Below, piece by piece: positions 52,730 through 64,000 of a DNA stretch of 64,000 bases. The position numbers and the translations under genes were made by a program. The notes below the pieces were generated by a model. The model had not been told where the DNA came from. It made no database searches and saw nothing but the letters and a program-made list of their open reading frames with translations. The first letter of the stretch is position 1. The number at the start of each line of letters is the position of its first letter. Origin of the DNA: Macrostomum lignano (Eukaryota); the NCBI GenBank assembly GCA_002269645.1, contig NIVC01000350.1:558001-622000 (forward strand), given 5' to 3'.

Positions 52730-55700
52730 ACGCGTTGCGATCGGCGGCCAAGGAGTTGGGCGCGGCGTCCTGATGGTTGGGTATCGAATTGACGGAGATG
52801 GGCAGGAAGATGACGCTGTCCGGGCCGCGGACGGGCACGTAGCCTAAGCTGAACAGATTCGGCGAGTCCAGATTAAACTCGGTCGAAGTGAACGCCGACT
52901 GCGGTATCTGCAGGATCGGGGCGGAGCCGGGCGCCGGCGAGAATGTCGCGGAGGTTGGCGTGGCAGCAGAGCCGGCGGCCATGGCCAAATTGCTGAGATT
53001 GCTCAGGTCCAGCGAGGCTGGTATGTGGCTCTTCCGGTCTGATAGCGAGCTGCCGGCTGCGGCGGCAGCGGCGGCGGCGGCGCGACCGCCGGGCGACAGC
53101 AGGTCGCTGAGGCCCTGGTGGCTGAGCAATGGCAGAGGAATCTCGGGCTTCACTGTGGTCACAGAGCTCACGGAGACTACTGGCATAGGGAATTCCGAGC
53201 TCTGCTGCTGATGCTGCTGCGGCGGCTGTCGCTGTGGATGCTGCTCGGGCTGCTGGTGATGATGAAGATGCTGATGATGAAGCTGCTGATGATGATGATG
53301 ATGCTGCTGGTGATGCTGAGGCACAGAAGGCTGAGCTTGTTGCTGCTGTTGAGCCAGCGGATGTTGCGGGGGCGGCGGCGGTGGCTGCATGTGATGCTGA
53401 AGGTGCTGCTGCTGCTGCTGATGGTGCTGCACAGGCGAGACAGACGCCTGATCCTGCTGCTGAAATGGAAGCTGAGCCGGCGGCGGCGGCGGGGGCTCCG
53501 CTGGCATAGCAGCCGCGGGAGCACCGCTTCCGGCTCCGACAGGGGAAGCAGCCTCGCCCGGTGAGGGCATCATGCCGCCGCCGCTGCCTCCTCCGTCTAG
53601 CGACTTCTCCGAGCTGAGGCAGGCTTGGATCAGAGCCTTGCCATTGTTGGATTGCACCATGTTGTTCAGCTTCTCTGTAGTGTAGGTGTACACGTGGCCG
53701 GTCTCTGAGGCGACCAATAGGAGCACGTGGGCGCCTGCAGGGAATGCAGGAAAGTACAAGGATTTGAAACTATTATTGGCATTATGTAATGGTCGAATCG
53801 GGATTAGAATACCCGTGTTGAAAACGGTACCGCGACAAGAATCGCTAAAAAGTCGTTTTGTGATTTTTTAACGACTCAAACGCGTCTAATGCATTTAATA
53901 ATCGTTAAAAGTTAATAAACTTTCTACTATTCGGTTGGGGAGAAAGTTCCCGCGGTTTCTAGAACTTTCTGTCAAACTGAGTTTTTTTAAACAAAAAGCC
54001 AATTAAGAAATAAAATAATCACCATCACAATCGATCACCTTCTGCCATTTTTCGGGCAGACTCATAATACCGTCACTGTAAAATTTCTCTGGCTTTGAAG
54101 TGAAAAAGTTGTTCAGCCAGTTATCGAGCTCTTCATCATCAGCAAAGGTTTTGTTGTTCAAGGCGTTGGCCAGAGACAAAAACAGGTGATAGTCGCTTGG
54201 TGCCAAGTCTGGTGAATACGGTGGATGGGGCACCAATTCCCAGCCAAGGTCCAGTAGCTTTTGGCGAGTCACCCTAGCAGTGTGTGGACGAGCGTTATCA
54301 TGGAGGAATCGTACCGGGCCATGGTTCGGACGCTTCTGTGCGATGGCGGCGGCCAATCGGTCCAGCTGTTGGCAGTATAGGTCGGCCGTAATCGATGTGT
54401 TGGGTGGCAGCAGTTCGTAGTAGATGACGCCCTTGCAGTCCCACCACACGCACAGCATGACCTTGCGTGGGTGGAGTCCGGCCTTTGGCTGCAGCTCAGG
54501 CGTCGCGTCAGCATCAACCCATAATCGTCGACGTTTGATGTTGACGTACAGGCACCACTTTTCATCGCCCGTAACGATGGACTTCAGCCAGTTGTGCGTG
54601 CGCCTGTAGGAGAGGAGAGAAGTGGCCACCTCTGCCCTGCGCTCCTTGTCCCAATCTGACAATTGGTGGGGTACCCATTGTGCCAGCTTGTACACTTTGC
54701 CCAGCTGATGCAAATGACTGGTGACCGTTTTATGGTCTACATCAAGGACTTGCGCTAACTCACGCGTGGTTTGCCGAGGGTCAGCCTCTACGAGTGTGCG
54801 CAGCCGGTCATCATCAACCTCGGAGGGACGACCTGACCGGGGCAAATCTTCGAGGTTAAAATTTCCCTGGCGAAACCGCGCAAACCAGTCCTGGGCAGTG
54901 CGTTCAGACACGGTACCCGCACCAAATGCAGCGTTGATGCGACGGCTGGATTCTGTGGCTGACAGTCCAGATTTGAAGTCGTAGAGCAGGAGACTACGAA
55001 TATAGGCCCGAGAGAGATCCATAATGCTGGTGACTAGTGAGTACTCTCTTTGGTTTAAATAGCATGTTAGAATCACACACACCCACCCTCAATATATACC
55101 CACACAGCCGGGCTCTGGAATGTTCCAGAAAGTTCTTAGACAGAAAGTTCTAGAAACCGCGGGAACTTTCTCCCCAACCGAATAACTCAGTAGGCTAGTT
55201 AGAGTGCAATTAGAGTTCCATAGGCTATACCGAGTGTTTGTTGCGTAACTGTAACTCTGACTCTGTAACGCGCCCAGAGCGTCTCAGAAGTGACGCAATA
55301 AAGCGCTTCTTTTGCGACTTTTTAGCGACTGGAGAACGCCGCTAAATCAAGCGACGCAAATGCACTTTAAACCTGACTCTACAGCCCCAGAGTATAAGGC
55401 GACTTTTGGGCGACCTGAACTGTGACATTTCGTTGTTTTAAGACTCGTTAAGACTCAATTCTTTCCCTTTTTACCTATGCCATTTGCAACGACTCTGGGA
55501 GGCTTCTTGGCCTAGGTACCATTTTTATGGGGATAATTCTTGAGATTTATTGCAGTTGGGATTGTCTCTGGAGAATTTTTTATTATCGATAAGTAGGGTT
55601 GATATTTATATTGTAAAAAAGATCAGTGTGACGCAGCTTTAGATTGCGCACCGGTTAGAGAGGCCAGCTCGTACGCCTTCTTCATCAGTCCAGTCTTACG

Positions 55701-56006
55701 CTTCGAAAACGTAGTAAAGCGCCTATTCTTATCCTGTATGAATTCAATTTTAATTTTCTGCTTTCCGCGCGACTTCTTCTTCGGCGGCGGCTGGTCGGCG
55801 GCGCCGTCGATCCGCTGGTCGGGGCCGCTGGCGGGCAAGTAGGGCGACACCGACCGGGATCTGTCCTCGCCACCAGACGGCGACGGGCCCGGCGTGAGGT
55901 CGTCGCAGCAGTCCTCGGGATTCTCGGCATGAAATCGCCAACAGTTTGAGAAGGGCTGGTCGCCGTGCTGAGCGCACAGTTCGTCGCTTGAACCGGTGGC
56001 TGACAT
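52728..56006 (-). CDS. SRF: Serum response factor-type (type I) MADS-box transcription factor. Exons 56006-55652 and 53734-52728
   Basis: Spliced MADS+SAM region: KSRGKQKIKIEFIQDKNRRFTTFSKRKTGLMKKAYELASLTG|AHVLLLVASETGHVYTYTTEKLNNMVQSNNGKALIQACLS. The phase-1 junction ACC G|gtgcgc...cctgcag|GC restores the SRF motif order. Confidence 0.92.
53930..55182 (-). mobile_element. Full-length mariner (Tc1/mariner, DD34D) transposon, 1253 bp, in the SRF intron
   Basis: Perfect 44 bp terminal inverted repeats TTCGGTTGGGGAGAAAGTTCCCGCGGTTTCTAGAACTTTCTGTC, with TA duplications at 53928-53929 and 55183-55184. Confidence 0.97.
54003..55022 (-). CDS. Intact mariner transposase (339 aa from ATG at 55022)
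   Basis: N-terminal HTH, RSGRP, WVPHQL, TGDEKW, HDNARPH and YSPDLAPSDY motifs. No stops or frameshifts. Confidence 0.97.
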   Translation of the reverse strand: MDLSRAYIRSLLLYDFKSGLSATESSRRINAAFGAGTVSERTAQDWFARFRQGNFNLEDLPRSGRPSEVDDDRLRTLVEADPRQTTRELAQVLDVDHKTVTSHLHQLGKVYKLAQWVPHQLSDWDKERRAEVATSLLSYRRTHNWLKSIVTGDEKWCLYVNIKRRRLWVDADATPELQPKAGLHPRKVMLCVWWDCKGVIYYELLPPNTSITADLYCQQLDRLAAAIAQKRPNHGPVRFLHDNARPHTARVTRQKLLDLGWELVPHPPYSPDLAPSDYHLFLSLANALNNKTFADDEELDNWLNNFFTSKPEKFYSDGIMSLPEKWQKVIDCDGDYFIS

Positions 56007-56150
56007 GCTATTGTGCGGAGTCGGCTGCAATTACCAGCGGCTTAGTCTGATTAAATCAACTCAGCAGGTTAAAATGTGCACTGCCAATTATTAATGACTG
56101 TTTGTTAAGCGTAACCTGGGTTTTATTGTCATGATGACACACCAACTTTA

Positions 56151-56444
56151 ACTGATTACACTTGCCCTAATGGCCAGATGTGCAACCGACAGCTCAGCCG
56201 CAGCTATTGGGCGGCGCATCTGAAGCCTGCGTACGGCTGTTCAGTCCAAGGACTGGCGGGTCGCCACACACAGCCTTAATTACCCCAGCTAATGCTGATG
56301 CCCCATTTTACAGTTGGGTGAACTAAAGCAATGCAGAGTTAAGTGTCTTGATCAAGGACATAAATTGTTCCGAGTGGGACCAGGAAACGAACTCCCGACC
56401 TTCAAGTCGTGAGTCCGACACTTCTAACCACTAGGCTACAACCC
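56151..56444 (-). mobile_element. tRNA-derived SINE with CORE/Meta-like central domain (copy 2)
   Basis: The reverse complement reads GGGTTGTAGCCTAGTGGTTAG...GGGAGTTCGTTTCC...GTCCTTGATCAAGACACTTAACTC...CACCCAACTGTAAAATGGGG... and aligns along its length with copy 1. Confidence 0.85.
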
Positions 56445-56460
56445 TTAAACTGTTTTCCAA

Positions 56461-59400
56461 ACTGGATGCTATTTAATTTAAGTTCCATTTCTCTGTCATT
56501 CATATTTCACTTGAAGTATATCATTTTATATTTATCGGGATTCTAAAAAAATTGAAGACTTGAAACTGATGATTTTAAACTGAATCAAATTTTAGTATTC
56601 TGTAAACATAAAGTCTGCATACTTCTCCATGTAGGGTAAAGATGCTGGTGTTTTAATTGATTTTAAGCTTTTTATGTAAGCTGGCATCTTGAGCTATCAA
56701 TTTGGCCTCCTAAGTTTGAACTCAAAATTGAAAATGGCACAGCAATTGTCTTTTAAAAAACTCAAAGCATGTGACTGGTGGTTTTCTGTGTTGGAAATCC
56801 AATTGCCAATTGGCGAATGTCTCAGACCCAAGAACATAGTTAGTGGATTAGTGCCTCTGATATACAATGATGAATAAGGAAAGGATGAAGATGATAATAT
56901 TATTGGTGTTGGTGGGTTGATAATGGCAACTGTAATAGTGCAGCTATTTTAGCTATTTAGAAAGGCTGTTTAAGGGATGCAAATAATACTATTGAAACTA
57001 GTTTACCTTAGCTAAAATGTTAGAATCAGAAATGAGATTCAGTGTTCCCTAGATTGTGTATATTAAAGATGTAAAATAATGGGTGTGTGCCAAATATTTT
57101 CAAATCTGGAATAGTAAAATTAATTACTAATATGATTGCACAAAATATAAAGATTAGTGTAAGAGCCATTCTATGGGTTGATGCACTATAGACTTATCAA
57201 ATGGAAAAAATGCTAAATATTATATTTAGCATTTAGTATTCTAAATGAATGATAGATTCTTAAAATGGCACTAAAGAACAGTTATTTTTTTCAAAAAAAC
57301 CTAGGAAACTTCACTGAACTTTATGGTAACTAGCAGTCATTTCCATTATAAATGTCATGGTTTTTTTATTTAAATGCAAGATGCTACTAGAGTTATACTA
57401 AGACTTTACTAGCACCACTGCAGGCCTTCCTGCATCAACTGCCACACACAACCTCACTTGAACTGGCTCTCTTGAAGATGTTATTCTTCCTGAGCCAAGC
57501 TGCCCAAATGCCAGGCAAACTTAACTGCTTCCTCCACTATTAAAACAAAATTAATAAAACTGACATTAACACAACAGAAATTAGTAAAAGTCAAACTTAA
57601 CAACTTTTGCCACTCTTTTTACCATTTTCTAAATTAAAACTTTAATGTAAATTGGACAGTTGCATTCAAAATCAATATTTACTAATAATATTCATACTAA
57701 AACATGCATATGGCACTTATATACACTATCTTTTTAAAAGCACTAAGCAACATAAGTATATTATAAACCATATTTATCCCTACATTTTTTTCAAAAATCA
57801 TTTTGTTTTCAACAATCAATATATATATATTCTACAAAATCTGTGTAGTCTTGCCATTGCCATGACTTTACCACCTACCGTTTGCAATTTTCAAAAATAA
57901 ATTGCATCATTATGTTGCTGCTAAAATTTAATTTGGACAGGGATAATATAGTGACTGGCTATAAACTAGTTATTTAACAGCATTCACTAGCTTTCCTAAG
58001 GGCTTTGCATTCGGCTATACAGCAGCCTAGTCTATTTGATCTAGAGAAGGTTACCCCATGCTAGACCTAAGTGTTTATTGCCTAATGACTCATAGCCACA
58101 TACTATGATTTCCCTACCCACACTAAGGAGGCATAGCAGAATGATTTATCCCCTACCTTCATACACACATGGAATGCAAAGGCTGCCTATAGGGAGTAAA
58201 CAAGATGCCTCATCCACTTAAATCTATTTTAGCATATAAAAGCATGACAAGATTGCCTTATTTCAAAGTTGGCCTTGAGTCATGCCTATCTTGCATGACT
58301 CCAAGGTCCAAATAAGGAAGTTTAATGCACTTAGTTCATTAAACTTACATGACTTTTGGGGGGTCCACTCAGCTAAAAATATGGAGCACTTATGAGCTGT
58401 TTTTCCCCAGATTGCATTTTTAGGCTTTGTCCAGAGCTGCTTCAAGAAGAGGTGCACTTCTTGGTAGCAAATAGAAATTAATAAATTGATAGAAATCAAT
58501 GATACACTCAGCAGCTGTTACTACTGCTGCAATTATAGATGCTATTACAATTATTGAGCTCCTTACTATAGATGATGTATATGTTAACATTGAGCTATAT
58601 ACACAATCTGACCAAGTAAAGTGGCTTGTGCAATAAGCAAAGTGCAATGTCAGCTTGTACTCAATAGCTAGCTGTCATGAAAGTATATTGCAAATTATAT
58701 CTATATAGTCTATCTATTCAACTATCAAATAGATTGGGCATGAGTCTTGGCTAGTGCCTTGTATGATAGGCCCCATAGTCAATGTCACAAGTTATAAAAA
58801 CTCATTAAGTATATGTGAGCTTGGCCTTCATTTAAAAGTCATGTTGGAGTCTGGCAACAAGTTTTAATACCACCTAGATAAGGCTACAGTTTATGCCTTT
58901 ATATACAACAATCTACAAGTGTTTGAGCTAGCCAGCCAAGTATTTTATTGACTGCTTGATTACACTTTGCATTAAGGTGGCACTGGTGTGTGTAACGGAA
59001 ATAGTGCACATTTCTAGTTCATTCTTTTTAGTGATTCAATAATTTCATTCTATTCTATTCTATTCATTCAATAATGAAGATATAGTACATTTCTAGTAGC
59101 CAGGCTAATGCTATGCTTGAGCTACATGCTAAGCTTTATTAGATGCTACTAGGAATTAAAATGCCAGTATATGATCAGCTGCTCAATTGGGTAACATGCC
59201 TACTTTACAAGTGCATCTTGGCCTTTTCTTCTTTGATTTCTATGGTAAAGCATTGAAGAAATAAAATATCACCAAGGTTATTAACTGCCATATACATGCT
59301 CTTCTTGGCTCCTTATTTGTGGGCACTATGACCTAAATATAGATAGCAGCTATGATAATATGAGTAAGAGTATTTAGGAACAAGATATAACATATTTATT

Positions 59401-61020
59401 CAGCACAAATTTTATTATATAGCTTTACACATAGTACACACTTAAAAAAATAGACTAAAAAGTATTAGCATATACACATGACACCTTCCTAAGTAGGGAT
59501 TGACCAACCATGAATTTTATGCATGATTGGAATTAGACTATATGTGAACTGTGTGACTATGAATTTTTTATAATATACATTTTAATTTAAATGCAGAAAT
59601 ATTAATATTAATACTATTAAGACTAATAATTTTTATTGATTTTTAAGCTTTGTTTTATCATGTTTATTGATTGACTATATCTTATTATCTGTTGCAATTT
59701 TGGTTTGCTTTGGTTATGCTATGATTTAAAAAATTAAGGTTTATTTCACAAAATTTATTAATTGTGATTGGCAAAAAACTGTATACAACTTTTTTACTTG
59801 TGATCATATTTTTCGTGATTGTGACCATGATCATGGTCAATCCTTATTACTAAGTGTGGCTATAAGCTAGAGGGCCTATATTATAAAAAAGTTAACATAA
59901 AAGCAACTTATTCTTAGGATTAATTTTTTAAATAATAACATATATAGGACCTTAGAATAAATTAAAGCATATTGTTTAACAGCTAAGGAATAATATCTTG
60001 AATAAAATTTAAAAATATATCTGCTTCTAATTACAGAGTTATCAAACCATTACAATGCAATCTTTCTATAATTCCCTTTGTGCCAATTGAAATATTCAGT
60101 TTCCTTGAATATTCAATTCAATAAACCTTGAATATTCAGTTAGACTAATAACTTTAATATAGGAATTAGTCCAAGGCTTTGCATCTTTAAGTGGATAGTA
60201 TAAATGTAATTTAAAGTTGAAAATCATTTTGTTGGCAAACAAGAATATGTTGCTGCTATGAGAGCCAAGATCCTTACATAGCCAATGAACATAATATGAC
60301 AATTTAGTGAATGCAGCATTGTCTAATGCTAAGACAATGACAATTTAGATAATTTAGCTGTTTTTCTTATAACTTGCATTATGACAATCTTAAATATGAC
60401 AACTTTGACCAGAGCCATATATGGTTGCCATGACCATGATATAGACTATGAGCTCTAGAAACTAATAGGCTAACTAAAATCATTAAAAACTTGGAAAAGT
60501 TTAGAAATGACTAAATGAGTTGATAAAATAGGTTATTATTATAAATAAATCTCTAAACTGCAAAGGTAAAATTGGTCCTAGGTCAATTCAATAACAAGAC
60601 ATTTTGGTGACAACTTGGGACATTTTTATGACAATATTGCTAGTCAATTTGGTAACAAGTGTTGATAAATATTCAAATATAGCTTTTACTAAACTTGAGT
60701 GAAATGAAAGTAATAAAGGAAATTTGCTATGCTCTTATATGTATATATAGTTGACAATTACTTTGCAACATTGCTGCCTTTTTTACCTATGAATTTAGAT
60801 AAACCACCCTGCAGGGATCTGAATTGATGTAAGGCCAGGATCAATTGAAACATACTTTTCAAGGTGTGTGAACTTTATAAAGAGTCAAAAATATTGAAAG
60901 CCATTGTAATTTGCTTTAAAGCAATATACTACATTTTAAAATTCAATAACTCAATTGAAGCTTATAACTAGACAAAATAGAATCTGGTAAAGAAAACTCA
61001 TTGTCAAGGTAACTATAATG
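56461..61020. other. AT-rich block almost free of CpG, containing a decayed coding relic (minus strand, ~58990-57930)
   Basis: About 6 CpG counted by eye in ~4.56 kb. One minus-strand frame reads like protein but is interrupted by many stops. Confidence 0.7.
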
Positions 61021-61029
61021 GGTCTATGA

Positions 61030-61340
61030 AATTTGCTAGCAGGAAATCTGCTAGCCGAAGTTTGCTAGCAAGAAATTTGCTTGCTGAAATCTGCTAGCCG
61101 AAGTTTGCTAGCCGAAATGTGCTAGCCGGAATGTGCTAGCCAAAATGTGCTAGCCGAAATCTGCTAGCCAAAATCTGCTAGCCGAAATCTGCTAGCCGAA
61201 GTTTGCTAGCCGAAATGTGCTAGCCGAAATGTGCTAGCCAAAGTTGGCTAGCCAAAATGTGCTAGCCGAAATGTGCTAGCCAAAGTTTGCTAGCAGTAAT
61301 TTTGCTAGCGAGGATTTTGCTAGCCGAAATCTGCTAGTGA
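61030..61340. repeat. 14 bp minisatellite (GCTAGCCGAAATGT and variants)
   Basis: Directly visible. Marks the right edge of the CpG-free block. Confidence 0.9.
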
Positions 61341-62459
61341 TAATCTAACCAAAACCGGCAAACAGCAATTTACGAACTTGTAATTTGCTAGATTCATTTT
61401 TTCTTGTCCAATTTTGCAAGAAACTTTGCAGGACTTATCATGCAGGACAAATAAATTTGTGTTTTTCGCTCTAATGACTCTCTTCGCTCTAATGACTCTC
61501 TCAATCGTGTAAAATTTTGAGTTTCAAAGTTAATCCTGAGCGGTGCTATGCACTTTTAAAGTTAGGCTGTTTTTTTCAGCATAGCAACAACCCCAACCTC
61601 CACCCGCCTGCCTCTCTTTCCCGATCTGGGCCCAGATGTGTAAAAGGGTTTCAAAATTGACTAACTTTCAACTGCCATAAGTTTGCTCTACGTAAAGTGA
61701 TTGACTTCAAACTTGACACAATTCTTCATTGACTCATTCTCTGTCTAAATGTAAAGTTTCAACTCTGTAACTCATTCAGAACAGAAACTGTAATCATGTG
61801 AAGTTTGTCTGCTTTTTCTGTTGTTTGTGCCGCTCACTCATTCCCCCAGCCCAGACAAAGGGTCAGGCGATAGGGCTCAATGTACATAGCGAATGTACAG
61901 TGTTTTGGAATAACTTTTCAATAGCCTTCTCTGCACCCCCGCGAGTGGAGAGGCTACGTTTAGCAATGGCAGTTTAGTGAGAGATTCAAACTGCTGTCCT
62001 CTGTATGGACAAGTCTGTAGCAGTTTACAGTGGATGGCAAATCAAGGCGATGCGAGATGGTTTGTAAAAATAGCGAAAAATTAATGAATAACTGATTACA
62101 ATGCAATCTTACTAAATTAGTTACACCATGAAACTTTTAACATTAAGATTCGCATAAGGTACTTTAAAATTTAAATGGCCTCCTAAGAAATGCGTTTTTC
62201 CTTGGTTGTTAGACTGCTGCAGACTGTGGTGGTGGAGCTGGAGAATGGAGATACACAAATTCCTCTCAGGGCTGCTAATTGGCCAGAAAGATGACGTGAT
62301 TAAAGCATGATCGAGAAATGAAAACAACCATGATAGTACTACATCCCACAAACTGGCTTTCGAAGAAGGGATCGGCAGATTTTTATCTCAAAGGCCAGAT
62401 AAAGAATCCAGCTCATGGCTGCGGGCCAAATGAGAGTGAAAAGGAAAAGGAATAGACTA

Positions 62460-63715
<1,256 letters not shown>

Positions 63716-63960
63716 GAAGTAGAGGTCAGAGTTTGCCTGACATTCTGCGCACTGTGCGCAGCACCCTAGCCAACAATATCAATGCTTGCTTCAAATCCTA
63801 ATTTTACACAAATGTACACTATTTTATGTTTAACTCCATCATCCTAACTATTAACAAGTTTTTTTTTGAGTTTGACCTCAAATTTCAGAATACATGCAAA
63901 AATAATTCCGGGGAATGGAGTTCCCCGGGTTCAAAATCTGTGGGTTTCAACAGCTTGTAT

Positions 63961-63999
<39 letters not shown>

Positions 64000-64000
64000 T

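Noticed and set aside
61005-61025. TAACTATAATGGGTC resembling the I-CeuI / LSU rRNA site
   Set aside because: Short imperfect match with no flanking rRNA sequence.

Overview
Eukaryotic (metazoan) genomic DNA, not prokaryotic. It has spliceosomal GT-AG introns, TTAGGG repeats, GC-rich exons with poly-Q/A/P, and about 30 different micro/minisatellite arrays. This style suggests a free-living flatworm such as Macrostomum (inference only). Six genes can be assembled by eye: (1) the 3' part of an M13/neprilysin-family gene whose HExxH motif is replaced, so probably a non-catalytic homolog, none of whose exons except the last is read in its coding frame by the ORF track; (2) a three-LIM-domain gene; (3) an intronless ankyrin-repeat gene; (4) a RING-finger plus beta-propeller-like gene; (5) FoxD; (6) a divergent SRF-type MADS-box gene. 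Mobile DNA includes an intact DD34D mariner inside the SRF intron, a hAT-type MITE carrying a minisatellite, and two copies of a tRNA-derived SINE with a CORE/Meta-like centre. The most unusual non-genic signal is a sharply bounded ~4.5 kb block (56.46-61.02 kb) almost devoid of CpG, containing a stop-riddled coding relic, which suggests targeted deamination. Most long ORFs in the supplied track are artefacts of tandem repeats. All exon structures are manual predictions.
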